Counted from the first letter of the stretch, positions 9,592 through 18,896 are shown. The stretch is DNA of 64,000 bases from an uncultured Pseudomonadota bacterium (GCA_963799725.1 CAWCYJ010000001.1:67485-131484), one strand, 5' to 3'. The notes: generated by a model from the letters alone, not told the origin. Numbers and translations are program-made.

Positions 9592-10125
9592 TTGGGACGA
9601 CCCACCAGCGGACCGCCCGGCGGAGCCGGCGATAGGCGTCCGCGCCGCGACTTCCGACAGAGTTACAACCGACGCCGACCTTGTCAGTTCTGCGTCGACA
9701 AGGTGCAATATATCGACTACAAGGACGTAAACAGGCTCAGACGATATTTGTCTGAACGGGCCAGAATTGAACCACGTCGGTCCACGGGTACGTGTGCCAA
9801 GCATCAGCGCCGGCTGAGCACCGCCATCAAGCGCGCCCGATCCCTGGCGCTGTTGCCTTACACTCCCGACCAGTTGAAGACGCTCGGTTTCTCCCGACCG
9901 GAGGGTTTCGGTAGGGGCCGGAGCGACGGTGGATATCGTCCCGGCGGAGGCCGCTACCAACGTCCAGAAGGTGGAGGTGGTGGAGGTTATCGCAGCGGAG
10001 GGTACCGTCCGCCGGTTAGGACGGATTCCGGGGCAGCACCGGGACAACCTTCTTCGGGCAATGTTACTCAGCCGGCTCCATCAGGAGATGCGGAGAGAAC
10101 GGGGGCAGACCAGCCGAATCCTTGA
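9592..10125 (+). CDS. rpsR: 30S ribosomal protein S18 with an ~85-aa RG/GY-rich C-terminal extension
   Basis: The core [61 protein letters not shown] is canonical S18. TTG start at 9592 with GGAGG 5 nt upstream. Tail: [37 protein letters not shown]... Confidence 0.9.
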   Translation: MGRPTSGPPGGAGDRRPRRDFRQSYNRRRPCQFCVDKVQYIDYKDVNRLRRYLSERARIEPRRSTGTCAKHQRRLSTAIKRARSLALLPYTPDQLKTLGFSRPEGFGRGRSDGGYRPGGGRYQRPEGGGGGGYRSGGYRPPVRTDSGAAPGQPSSGNVTQPAPSGDAERTGADQPNP

Positions 10126-10139
10126 TCGGTGACACGCTT

Positions 10140-10158
10140 GAGGTGAGTAACTCACCTC
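10140..10158 (+). terminator. Candidate terminator hairpin after rpsR
   Basis: GAGGTGAG-taa-CTCACCTC is a perfect 8-bp stem, 15 nt after the rpsR stop. Only TT follows it, so the U-tract is weak. Confidence 0.35.
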
Positions 10159-10303
10159 TTGCCGTGCGCTCTCAAGGGCTAGGACGGGATGGGTCTGGAG
10201 GATTCACCGCCTCCCGACTGAAACCTGCGGGCCAAAACTTGCGGACAGTAGCTACTTAGTACTACTCTTTGTCAAGAGTATATGATTCTGGAGTTGGATT
10301 CTA

Positions 10304-11647
10304 GTGGAGTCAAGTGAACGAGCTCGTCGAGGCCGCAAACGGCCACCGCAAAGAGCTGTTCCACAGAGCGTAAGGCGGAGTGGAAAGCCTCTCTTTTTCG
10401 GGTGGGGAGCGCATCTCACCCACCACGAACGGGAGCAGGTCAAGGAACGATTAGCTGCGGCAATTGGGATCTTCATTGCCTTGCTTGTGATAGGCATTCT
10501 GGCCCACGGCTGGTACCAACAGGAGGTAGCTGGGCCTGCTGCCGTCGCGGCACGCAACAATCAGGTCTACGCCAAGGTGGGGAACTCCGTGATCACCCGC
10601 GGTTGGTACACCAAGGTTCGACGCTACCGTGCGGCTACCCTCAAGAATCAACTTAGCTCCTATCAGAATCAGCTCGCCCAGCTCGAAGCCGGCAAGAGTG
10701 CTACAGACAAGGCGGAAGCCGCTCAGCTGCAGTCATTGGTCAGTCAGCTCCAAACATCGCAAACGACGATTGGGTCCGACACGCTTACGTCATTGATTGA
10801 CGCTCAGATCATCTTGCAAAAGGGTCCGAGCGCGGGGTTAAAGATATCAAAGTCCGCAGAGGCCAAGTATATCCACAAGTTGATTTTTGGCCCTCAGATC
10901 GGCGGTCCTATCACCTTCAAGAATGATGCAAAGGGATTCGGCATGACGGCGGCCCAGCTCAAGAGCTTGCTTGTCGCCGATTATCTGCAACAGAAGATGC
11001 AGTCCGTCTTGGCAGCCACGATTCATAAGACTCAGCTCGAGGCCGATGCGCGCCATATTCTGGTCAAGAAAAAATCCCTTGCAGTCAAAATCTTGAGCCA
11101 GCTTAAGGCCGGGGCAAACTTTGCAACCCTGGCAAAGAAGTACTCTACGGATAAGGTTAGCGGCAAGCAGGGCGGCAACCTCGGCTGGTTTGCGCAAGGC
11201 CAGATGGTTGCGCCTTTCAACAAGGCAGCCTTCCATCAGCCCATCGGTGCGATAACCATCGTGCACTCAACGTTTGGATACCATGTGGTCCAAGTATTGA
11301 AACGCGAGAAGCGGGCCATACCGGCTTCTCAGCTGCAGTCGGACAAGCAGCAGGCTTTGCAGACCTGGCTCACCAAGGAAACCGCGATCAAGGGATACGT
11401 GCATCAGTATTTCCATCCGCCGGTTTCCACGCCGGCAGGCCTTACTGGGCTGCCAACGGGCACCGGGTCCACGGGTACGACAGGGACTGGTAGCACGGGG
11501 ACAACCGGCGGCACTGGCTCGACGGGCACGACGGGGACCGGCACCACCGGCGGCACTGGCTCTACCGGCACGACCGGGACTGGCAGCACTGGCACTTCGA
11601 GTGGAGGCACCTCCTCTAGTTCGGGATCAGGCTCCGGCAAGAAGTAA
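10304..11647 (+). CDS. Membrane-anchored parvulin-type peptidyl-prolyl isomerase (PrsA/SurA-like) with a Thr/Gly/Ser-rich C-terminal tail
   Basis: N-terminal TM helix (LAAAIGIFIALLVIGILAHGWY). Parvulin domain: ARHILVKKKSLAVKILSQLKAGANFATLAKKYSTD..GGNLGWFAQGQMVAPFNKAAF...FGYHVVQVL. Tail: TGTGSTGTTGTGSTGTTGGTGSTGTTG..SSGSGSGKK. Confidence 0.8.
   Translation: MESSERARRGRKRPPQRAVPQSVRRSGKPLFFGWGAHLTHHEREQVKERLAAAIGIFIALLVIGILAHGWYQQEVAGPAAVAARNNQVYAKVGNSVITRGWYTKVRRYRAATLKNQLSSYQNQLAQLEAGKSATDKAEAAQLQSLVSQLQTSQTTIGSDTLTSLIDAQIILQKGPSAGLKISKSAEAKYIHKLIFGPQIGGPITFKNDAKGFGMTAAQLKSLLVADYLQQKMQSVLAATIHKTQLEADARHILVKKKSLAVKILSQLKAGANFATLAKKYSTDKVSGKQGGNLGWFAQGQMVAPFNKAAFHQPIGAITIVHSTFGYHVVQVLKREKRAIPASQLQSDKQQALQTWLTKETAIKGYVHQYFHPPVSTPAGLTGLPTGTGSTGTTGTGSTGTTGGTGSTGTTGTGTTGGTGSTGTTGTGSTGTSSGGTSSSSGSGSGKK
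11455..11640 (+). repeat. Imperfect GGC/ACC/ACG codon-level repeats encoding the T/G/S tail
   Basis: Reiterated ggcac(c/t)gg(c/g)tc(c/g)acggg(c/t)acgac-type units are visible in the raw sequence. They encode (T/S)G(T/S)TGTTG-like units. Confidence 0.7.
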
Positions 11648-11685
11648 GCAGGCTTTCGACTAACTGCCTTCCACCTGGACGGCGA

Positions 11686-11691
11686 TATAAT
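11686..11691 (+). promoter_or_regulatory. Candidate -10 box upstream of ilvE
   Basis: Perfect TATAAT 52 nt upstream of the ilvE GTG (11743), with RBS GGAGG at 11730-11734. No convincing -35. Confidence 0.3.
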
Positions 11692-11742
11692 GCGGAGGCG
11701 TGGACTGCCCGTTTCCCGCCCCGAATTTAGGAGGTCAGCCGC

Positions 11743-12693
11743 GTGAACGAAGCTAGAAGGTATGCCTACTTCCAGGGTGATTTTGTACCCATGGAGGAGG
11801 CCAAAGTCAGCGTCATGACGCACGCCCTCAGCTATGGCACAGGGGTCTTCGAAGGAATCCGTGGCTATTGGAACGATGACCGTGGGACGCTGTATGTGGT
11901 AAAGCTACGGGAACACTTTCTACGCTTCTTGCAAAATACAAGGCTCATGTCCATCGCCGTCCCTTTCGGGGTAGACGAGTTGTGTGAGCTAACAATTCGG
12001 TTACTGCAGATGGACGCGTTCCAAGAAGATGCTTACATTCGCCCCCTCGCCTACAAGTCGTCTGAGCAGATTGGCGTCTCGATGGAGGGTGTGACGGATG
12101 ACCTCACCATCTACGCGGCTCCTTTTGGCAACTACGTCGACATCGACCGGGGCCTCGCGGTCTGCGTAAGCTCTTGGCGACGCACGAGTGACAACGCCAT
12201 TCCGCCTCGTGCCAAGGTGACGGGTAACTACGCCAATACAGCCCTGATTAAGAACGAGGCAGTGGTTAACGGTTACGACGAGGCAATCACACTTACGGAG
12301 GCGGGCCTCGTCTCGGAGGGAAGCGCCGAAAACCTGTTCATCGTGCGAGATGGCCGGCTGGTAACGCCAACAGTGGCGGATAACATCCTGGAAGGCATCA
12401 CGCGGCGTTTGATCATGGAGCTGGCCAAGAACGAGCTAGGCGTTGACTCTGTGGAACGGTCGGTTTCTCGGTCGGAGCTCTATATTGCCGAGGAGATGTT
12501 CCTAACTGGTACGGGTGCGCAAATTGCGCCCGTGACGAGCGTCGACAGGCGACCGATTGGCAATGGAGATGTCGGCCCCATCGCCTACCGCCTGCAGGAG
12601 CTCTATATGGATGCCGTACACGGCAGGCTGCCAGCGTACATGTCCTGGCTCACCTCGATCGAAATCGCCTCTCGAGTTGCCGCAGCCAGCTGA
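11743..12693 (+). CDS. ilvE: Branched-chain amino acid aminotransferase (class IV)
   Basis: 316 aa. YFQGDFVPMEEAKVSVMTHALSYGTGVFEGIRGYW.., ..KVTGNYANTALIKNEA..GYDEAI.L...G.VSEGSAENLFIV..G.L.TP. Confidence 0.9.
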   Translation: MNEARRYAYFQGDFVPMEEAKVSVMTHALSYGTGVFEGIRGYWNDDRGTLYVVKLREHFLRFLQNTRLMSIAVPFGVDELCELTIRLLQMDAFQEDAYIRPLAYKSSEQIGVSMEGVTDDLTIYAAPFGNYVDIDRGLAVCVSSWRRTSDNAIPPRAKVTGNYANTALIKNEAVVNGYDEAITLTEAGLVSEGSAENLFIVRDGRLVTPTVADNILEGITRRLIMELAKNELGVDSVERSVSRSELYIAEEMFLTGTGAQIAPVTSVDRRPIGNGDVGPIAYRLQELYMDAVHGRLPAYMSWLTSIEIASRVAAAS

Positions 12694-12844
12694 GCGGTGC
12701 GCGGGACAGTCGGTCCGTGATCCGCTGTAGCGACGCAACCCTTTCGGCGTTATAGGCTCTCTATAAGGTCAGTTCATGAAGAGGGGGACCCACCGGGGAT
12801 GGTGACCATCGCGCGGATCCGGTAATGGTGTAGATGCTTCCGAG

Positions 12845-13483
12845 ATGAAACGGGGCGGTCCGCTCTTCTTGAATAGACGAGACGCAGGTCGCCAGCTGGG
12901 CAGCATTCTCCCTCTCCACGATGTGACGAATGCTATCGTTCTAGGTTTGCCCAGAGGGGGCGTGATCGTTGCCGCCGAGCTGGCGGCCAGCCTCAATCTC
13001 GCGGCTGACGTCTACGTTGTGCGGAAGTTACGTGCCCCTCGAAGTTCTGAATTCGCAATTGGTGCGGTTTCGGAAGATGGCGAGCCCGTGATCGACGAGG
13101 ATGTCGTTCGCCGCCTCAGCATCCCTGAATCGTATCTAGAAGCCGAAGTGCGTTCAGGTCGTTTGGAGATTGAACGGCAGGTCAATTTGTATCGCCGGGG
13201 TCAAAGTCTGGTTGCGCTCGAAGGAAAGATTGTTGTCTTGGTCGACGACGGTATCGCAACCGGGTCCACGGTTCTGGCCGCCATTTCGGGGATTAGGAGT
13301 CATCATCCCGAGGCGATCATTGTGGCCACTCCGGTCTGTGCTCCTGGAGCCGCAAAATCTCTTTCGCTGCATGTAGATCATCTGGCATCGATCGCTTCAC
13401 CGTCTCAATTCTTCGCAGTAGGTCAGCACTACGAGGAATTTGGGCAGGTAAGCGATTCCGAGGTTATGGAGAGTCTCCGATAG
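12845..13483 (+). CDS. Phosphoribosyltransferase-domain protein
   Basis: 212 aa. FLNRRDAGRQLG..VLGLPRGGVIVAAELA..., PRPP-binding loop VVLVDDGIATGSTVLAA. Confidence 0.75.
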   Translation: MKRGGPLFLNRRDAGRQLGSILPLHDVTNAIVLGLPRGGVIVAAELAASLNLAADVYVVRKLRAPRSSEFAIGAVSEDGEPVIDEDVVRRLSIPESYLEAEVRSGRLEIERQVNLYRRGQSLVALEGKIVVLVDDGIATGSTVLAAISGIRSHHPEAIIVATPVCAPGAAKSLSLHVDHLASIASPSQFFAVGQHYEEFGQVSDSEVMESLR

Positions 13484-13670
13484 GCGGATACCGATACAGT
13501 ATCGTCTGCCTGCCTTACGTGCAGTTCCGCAAGACGAGGTAGTGGTCCTATTGGCGTTTGGCTCCTCAGGCGCAATCTAAAGCGAGCCTCAGACGACACA
13601 GCCCCATCGAAGTTGCACCCCTTGGCAACCACGCCGGTTCATCGGACCCGACTGGGGGCTGCCTAAAGCC

Positions 13671-14996
13671 ATGCGAAAGGAAGGATTGCGCTCCTTGATC
13701 TCTTCAGCTACATGCCGTCGAATTATTAAACCGCGACTTGCTTTGGCCGCCTTGACCATAGTGCTTGTCGTTGCAGGTGGAACCGGCGTTGCCGCCGCTC
13801 TCAGGATCACTCCGCATGTTCGACCAGCCCTCGCGCCTCATGCCACTGCAAGCTCCAGAATGCCGAGCCCTGGAGGCTGGAGTCAGCTTGGTGCCATCGC
13901 CTGCCCTTCTCTTTCCACCTGTTTGGCTGTGGGAGTTTACCAGCCGTCAGGAGGATCCGAGACGGTGGACCAGGTAACACAGTGGAATGGAAGTGTTTGG
14001 TCTCAGCTTTCGACTCCAGACCCGGCAGGTAAAGGTTCGAGTCAACAAATGCTTCAGGGCATCGCCTGCACCAGCGCCTCAAACTGCTGGGCTGTCGGTT
14101 CTTACCAACCTGACGGCGGGGCAGCAACTTTGAATCAAGCTCTTCATTGGGATGGGCATGTTTGGTCGTCGGTTGCAACTCCGAATCCAGGAGGTACCAC
14201 TGGCGAGGCTTCAAACGCACTGGGGAGTGTGACTTGTACATCAGCCTCCAACTGTTGGAGTGTGGGCATCGATCGACCGAATAGCCAATCGACCAGCCAG
14301 AACGAAATCCTCCTGTGGAACGGTACGAAGTGGTCAAAGGCTTCAACCCCTGAGCCGGGCGGTTGGATACAGGGAAATGCCAACGCCCTATTCGGAGTTA
14401 GTTGCGAGTCAGCTACCACTTGCTGGGCAGTGGGCAGCTACACGATAAACCACTTTCAGACCGAACGGAATCAGGTGCTGCGGTGGAATGGATCCACTTG
14501 GTCGTCTGTCAACGTCCCAAATCCTGCCGGAACAAGTGGAGTGGTATTCAACCAACTTACCTCTATCAACTGCAGGACGGGCAACTGCTGGGCAGTCGGA
14601 TCCTATCAAACGAATAATGGCCAGACGACCTTGAGTGAGGCCCTGCACTGGAACGGAAGCGCCTGGACCTCGGTCCCCATACCGGATCCAGCCAGTACCA
14701 ATACGGGGGCAAGCAACAATCTCTATAGTGTCACCTGCTCTGGGTCCTACACCTGTTGGGCCGTAGGCCGTTACAGCCAGTCGTCGGGAGCACCAACGAC
14801 GGACACCGTCTTGCGCTGGGGCGGCTCGAGTTGGGCAGTGGCCAGCATCAAGAGTTCCGCGGGAGGCTCGAGCAGTAGCTCCAATCAACTCGCCGGCGTG
14901 GCCTGCGCGTCATCCAAGAGTTGCTGGGCAGTCGGGTCGGAGTCAAGCTCCAACCAAGCGCTTTACTGGGACGGAACCAGTTGGACTCCGGCATAG
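13671..14996 (+). CDS. Secreted or membrane-anchored protein with seven ~56-aa Cys-pair repeats, predicted beta-propeller-like
   Basis: N-terminal signal/anchor (LALAALTIVLVVAGGTGVAAA). Seven copies of L.GV.C.S...CWAVG.Y..(~15 aa)..L.W(N/D)G..W..V..P.P. The Cys pairs are at about aa 78/84, 132/139, 189/195, 245/251, 301/306, 356/362 and 412/418. Confidence 0.7.
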   Translation: MRKEGLRSLISSATCRRIIKPRLALAALTIVLVVAGGTGVAAALRITPHVRPALAPHATASSRMPSPGGWSQLGAIACPSLSTCLAVGVYQPSGGSETVDQVTQWNGSVWSQLSTPDPAGKGSSQQMLQGIACTSASNCWAVGSYQPDGGAATLNQALHWDGHVWSSVATPNPGGTTGEASNALGSVTCTSASNCWSVGIDRPNSQSTSQNEILLWNGTKWSKASTPEPGGWIQGNANALFGVSCESATTCWAVGSYTINHFQTERNQVLRWNGSTWSSVNVPNPAGTSGVVFNQLTSINCRTGNCWAVGSYQTNNGQTTLSEALHWNGSAWTSVPIPDPASTNTGASNNLYSVTCSGSYTCWAVGRYSQSSGAPTTDTVLRWGGSSWAVASIKSSAGGSSSSSNQLAGVACASSKSCWAVGSESSSNQALYWDGTSWTPA

Positions 14997-15201
14997 TAGT
15001 AGCTGGCATCCTGTCAAATGGAGTTTGAGAAAACGGTCGGAGAGGCAAAGGTTGCATTAGCGAGCTGATCCTATGAAGTTTCCCCCAAATGCCGCGATAT
15101 GGTGTCAGCCAAGGTGTAGATATCCCTCAGCCGCACCAGCCCTGGCGCACTCTCACTCGAACGCGATACTCTTGACAATGAGCACATAGGCGTTCGATTG
15201 T

Positions 15202-15223
15202 GTTTCGAATCGAATCTCGAAAC
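15202..15223 (+). promoter_or_regulatory. Inverted repeat in the 5' region of the DUF1906 gene (operator or 5'-UTR hairpin candidate)
   Basis: GTTTCGA-atcgaatc-TCGAAAC lies just upstream of the RBS-like GAAAGG and ATG 15238. A perfect TTGACA sits at 15172-15177 but has no good -10. Confidence 0.25.
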
Positions 15224-15237
15224 CGAAAGGTGACCTA

Positions 15238-17628
15238 ATGGAATCGAGAACTGTGAAGCATCAAACTGGACGATGGCGCATGACGTTGGCCACTTCCGCC
15301 GTTATGGGGCTGGTGGTGTGCCAGCTCTTCTTAGGTTCGGCGAATGTTCTCGCAGGCGCAGGTAAGTCTCAGGTGCGCGGCACTGGTACCAACCATCTGG
15401 TTACTAGCTCTCGAACAATTGCTCCGGCGACGGAACCCCTCGTCCCAAAGCAGCACATCGTCCCTCTCTCCAAAAGGGAACCTCTGGCGTTAAGGAAAAT
15501 TGAATTCTCCGGCATCACGATCGAGGTTCCGGTTGGATGGCCCGTCGAAGACTTGGAGATTCGACGAGGCGTCTGCCCTCAGCTGACGGCTCACGTAATA
15601 TACCTGGGAACCGCATCTGATGACGCGAGCTGTCCAGCCCGACTGGTTGGAGTCAGCGATACCCTCCAGCTCATTCCCTTGAATCCAGGCCGCGCCCGAC
15701 TCGCTCGGTCCGGGAATTCCACCTTGCCGGTGGAGAACCAAGCGGCTCACGAGATCACAGCCATGCTTCCTCACTCGAATGTGGAGGCGGTGCTCACGTT
15801 TGGCTCCTCCGACAGGATCCCGCTGGGGCTACTCGCCAAGTGGGGGATGACGAGGGCGCGAACCCAGTCGTTTGCCGAACCCGCAGGTCTTAAATCCAGG
15901 GGTGAATACTCGCCGCCAACCCTGAGTCCTTCAACCTACATAGGGTTGGGATTCGACACGTGTGGGGCTCCAAGCTTCCGGACCCTGCGAGCCTGGAGGG
16001 CTTCTCCATTCCGATCGGTGGGAATCTACATAGGCGGTGCAGAGCGCGGCTGTGCTCAGCCCAATCTCACCCCCTCGCTGCTTGTTCGAGCTCATCGATT
16101 GGGCTGGAACTTCGTGCCGACATATGTCGGTTTGCAAGCACCTTGTACCGACTTCCAGGGAAGAATTGACCCAGGCAGGGCGCCGCAAGAAGGCGTGGCT
16201 GCTGCCGAGGATGCGATCATCGACGCCCAGCGGCTCGGATTAGGAGTCGGCAATCCCATTTACTTCGATATGGAGGGTTATCAGGGCAACGAGAGCTGTA
16301 TCAGGCCAGTTACGCGATTCCTATCGGCCTGGACAAGGACCCTTCACCTGCATGGCTATATATCCGGACTTTATGGAAGTGCCACCACGACGATCAGGAA
16401 TATGGCCGAAGCTCCACGGACTCCGTGGCTAAGGATGCCGGACGATGCTTGGATAGCAGACTGGAACGGAAGGGCCAATTCCTCGGCCAGCGGAATACCT
16501 GCATCCGCCTGGGACTATCACCGCCGGCTTCATCAGTACGCCGGCCCGCACGATTCAACATATGGCGGCATTACCATCGATATCGACACTAACTTCAATA
16601 ACGGAGTGGTTGCGCCCAGTCTTCCCAACCACACCTTCTTGCTGCGGGCGCGCGGCGTCATTTATCGGTTGGTGGATGGTGTCCCGCTGCGGATTTTCTC
16701 TTGCCTCACGATCCCAGGTGGGTGCCATCCCCGGGTTGCCGTATCCACTCTTGCCAACTTGAAGGGCCGTATCGGGGATGGTCAGGTGCTAATCGAGCGG
16801 GACGCAAAGCCAGAAAAAGTGTTCAAAGCAGCCGGTGGCAGTCTGCTTCCGATTCCTCAGTGCGTCGTGCGGGGAGTCAACCTGTGCATTGGGCCCCGTA
16901 CATTCGTGAACTATGACAGTATCGTCGTTTACGATACGTCTCACCGGCGGCCTCTCCGTGGGGCGCTACTGCGTTCGGAACCCAGCGCCCAGACGTGGAT
17001 CTCGACGGGCAGGGCACGGACCCTGGCCGGCCCTTCAACCAAAGCTGTTTCAGTTGACGATGCCAGTCTTGGATCGTTACCGCTTGAGGCAAGCCCGAGG
17101 GGAGACTTTGCGGACAACTTTGCTACTGCTGCAAGATGGAAGCTGCACCGAGGGAAATGGAGAGTGGCAGAGCGCCACCTCTACGTCAAGACCCGGTGGG
17201 GGTCTGTTGCCTTTGCAACTGCAAAACGGATTCTGTTCGGCGACGGAACCTACCAATTCAACCTTTCGTTTGGGAAAGCCTTAGGCCAGGACAGCTGGGC
17301 AGGCATAAGCGTTGGGAAGGATATTCCCAGCGAGGGTTACACCCTGACAGGCTACACCCTCATGGTTCGTAGGAGCGGCGCCGTCGGGCTTTGGAAGCCC
17401 GGAGTGGGACTCATTGCGCGCGGGTCGACTCCTTCACCGCTGTTACACTCCACGATGCGCGTGCGGCTCGTCCGCCAGGCCGGGAAGATTTCGGTATACA
17501 TCGGGGCCCGCACTCTCCCTGTCCTTTCGACTGTCGATGTTACGGCTACGGCTTATGGCAGCGGCTACCTTAGCTTGATCGACCGTTCGGGAGGCGCGGT
17601 CTTCTCTGAGGTGCGAGTAAGCCATTGA
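15238..17628 (+). CDS. Secreted multidomain protein with a central DUF1906 (Rv2525c-like glycoside-hydrolase-like) domain and a C-terminal jelly-roll-like domain
   Basis: Signal peptide (TLATSAVMGLVVCQLFLGSANVLAGAG). Central block YIGLGFDTCGAPS...RSVGIYIGG..R.C.QPNLT...V...H.LGWNFVPTYVGLQAPC.....GVAAAEDAI..A..LGLG.GNPIYFDMEGY......FLSAWT..LH..GY.SGLYGS....WIADWNG is the DUF1906 pattern. The C-terminal ~170 aa (..WKLHRGKWRVAERHLYV...GYTLMVRRSGAVGLWK...VRLVRQAGKISVYI) resembles DUF1080/LamG-type domains. Confidence 0.7.
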   Translation: MESRTVKHQTGRWRMTLATSAVMGLVVCQLFLGSANVLAGAGKSQVRGTGTNHLVTSSRTIAPATEPLVPKQHIVPLSKREPLALRKIEFSGITIEVPVGWPVEDLEIRRGVCPQLTAHVIYLGTASDDASCPARLVGVSDTLQLIPLNPGRARLARSGNSTLPVENQAAHEITAMLPHSNVEAVLTFGSSDRIPLGLLAKWGMTRARTQSFAEPAGLKSRGEYSPPTLSPSTYIGLGFDTCGAPSFRTLRAWRASPFRSVGIYIGGAERGCAQPNLTPSLLVRAHRLGWNFVPTYVGLQAPCTDFQGRIDPGRAPQEGVAAAEDAIIDAQRLGLGVGNPIYFDMEGYQGNESCIRPVTRFLSAWTRTLHLHGYISGLYGSATTTIRNMAEAPRTPWLRMPDDAWIADWNGRANSSASGIPASAWDYHRRLHQYAGPHDSTYGGITIDIDTNFNNGVVAPSLPNHTFLLRARGVIYRLVDGVPLRIFSCLTIPGGCHPRVAVSTLANLKGRIGDGQVLIERDAKPEKVFKAAGGSLLPIPQCVVRGVNLCIGPRTFVNYDSIVVYDTSHRRPLRGALLRSEPSAQTWISTGRARTLAGPSTKAVSVDDASLGSLPLEASPRGDFADNFATAARWKLHRGKWRVAERHLYVKTRWGSVAFATAKRILFGDGTYQFNLSFGKALGQDSWAGISVGKDIPSEGYTLTGYTLMVRRSGAVGLWKPGVGLIARGSTPSPLLHSTMRVRLVRQAGKISVYIGARTLPVLSTVDVTATAYGSGYLSLIDRSGGAVFSEVRVSH

Positions 17629-17681
17629 GCTGACGGAGCTAAAGGGCGGCGCTGGGTATGGCTATGCCCTTGGTGAGCCCA

Positions 17682-18896
17682 TCACAGGTCGAATAGAGCG
17701 TCTCGATTCCCCTCTATCGGTTGACGATGACGGATCAGATCCACCAACTTACGGCGGCCCCGAAGCTCGCCAATAATTACGGCACCGACGAGCCTGTTCT
17801 CGTAGAAGAACAGCTTGCGATAGTGACGCGTGGCGATGTCGAAACGCACCACGTCTTCGAGTCCGCCCATGACGTCTGGAGTGATACCGAGCACGGAAAG
17901 TCTCGATCCGAACATCGTCGTGACGTACGTCGGAACTTCGTCGAATACCTCAGAGGCACCCAACATGTTCCGAGCAACGATTCGCCCCTGCGACATCGAG
18001 TTGTCCCACGTACCCATGACGTTATGCCGATCGATAACAACATCAAAGAACTCGGCAACATCGCCCGCCGCAAATATATTGGGCACATTTGTCCGAAGAT
18101 ACTTGTCGGTGACGATGCCCACATTAACCTCGACGCCTGACTCAGCCACGATGGACGTATTTAGGTCGTTGCCGATTCCATAACCTGCCATGTCAGCCTC
18201 GATCGACTCACCGGAGAGTGTCTTGATTCCGCCAACTTGGCCGTTATTTGTGGCGAAGCTCTCTGCAAAGTCGTCATGAATGACACGGACTCCCATGTCT
18301 GAGGCAAGCAGGTCAACAATCTCACCACCGATGTCGTCCAGGACCCTCCACAGAAATCGAGGTCCGCGCATAATCCAGGTCGTTTCGAGCCCGCGCTCGG
18401 CGAACCCATCGGCCAGCTCGTAGCCGATGTAACTGCCGCCCAGAGCTATCGCAGACCGTGACTCCAAGATACGCTCCACGATGGCCTTGGTTTCGTCGAG
18501 GGTTTGGAAGACATAGATCCCTTCGAGGTCGGATCCCGGAATGGTCAGCTTTCGAGTGCGACCGCCCGTAGCCACGAGAAGCACGTCGTAAGGGAACCCC
18601 GAGCCATCGTCGAGGTAAACAACCGATTCCTCAGAGTCGATCCGAGTAGCTGTCTTCTCTAAGAGGAGCTTGTAGCCTCGGGTTTCCGGGTCCTCGGGTT
18701 TTCGCATAATCACGTTTCGTTCTTGAACCCGGCCCTTCAGTAACGGCGGAAGAGCCACCCGGTTGTAGAGAGGATAGGGTTCGTCTTCGATGATGGTGAC
18801 ATCCGAGTTAGGGTCGAGCCGGCGGATGTGCTCGGCAGCCGTTGTCCCTGCAGCACCGTTGCCGAGAATGACAAATCGACGAAGCTGTGAGGTCAT
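17682..18896 (-). CDS. FAD-dependent pyridine-nucleotide-disulfide-family oxidoreductase (ferredoxin/rubredoxin-reductase-like)
   Basis: FVILGNGAAGTTAAEHIR is the FAD GxGxxG motif. The second Rossmann motif is AIALGGSYIGYELADGF, followed by ..IFAAGDVAEF. Likely start is ATG 18896 (MTSQLRRFVILG), 1 nt after the stop of the upstream OCD gene. Confidence 0.8.
   Translation of the reverse strand: MTSQLRRFVILGNGAAGTTAAEHIRRLDPNSDVTIIEDEPYPLYNRVALPPLLKGRVQERNVIMRKPEDPETRGYKLLLEKTATRIDSEESVVYLDDGSGFPYDVLLVATGGRTRKLTIPGSDLEGIYVFQTLDETKAIVERILESRSAIALGGSYIGYELADGFAERGLETTWIMRGPRFLWRVLDDIGGEIVDLLASDMGVRVIHDDFAESFATNNGQVGGIKTLSGESIEADMAGYGIGNDLNTSIVAESGVEVNVGIVTDKYLRTNVPNIFAAGDVAEFFDVVIDRHNVMGTWDNSMSQGRIVARNMLGASEVFDEVPTYVTTMFGSRLSVLGITPDVMGGLEDVVRFDIATRHYRKLFFYENRLVGAVIIGELRGRRKLVDLIRHRQPIEGNRDALFDL

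Noticed and set aside
15172-15177. Perfect TTGACA as a promoter for the DUF1906 gene
   Set aside because: No acceptable -10 hexamer lies at 16-19 nt spacing (best is CGATTG). I kept it only as a note under the inverted-repeat feature.
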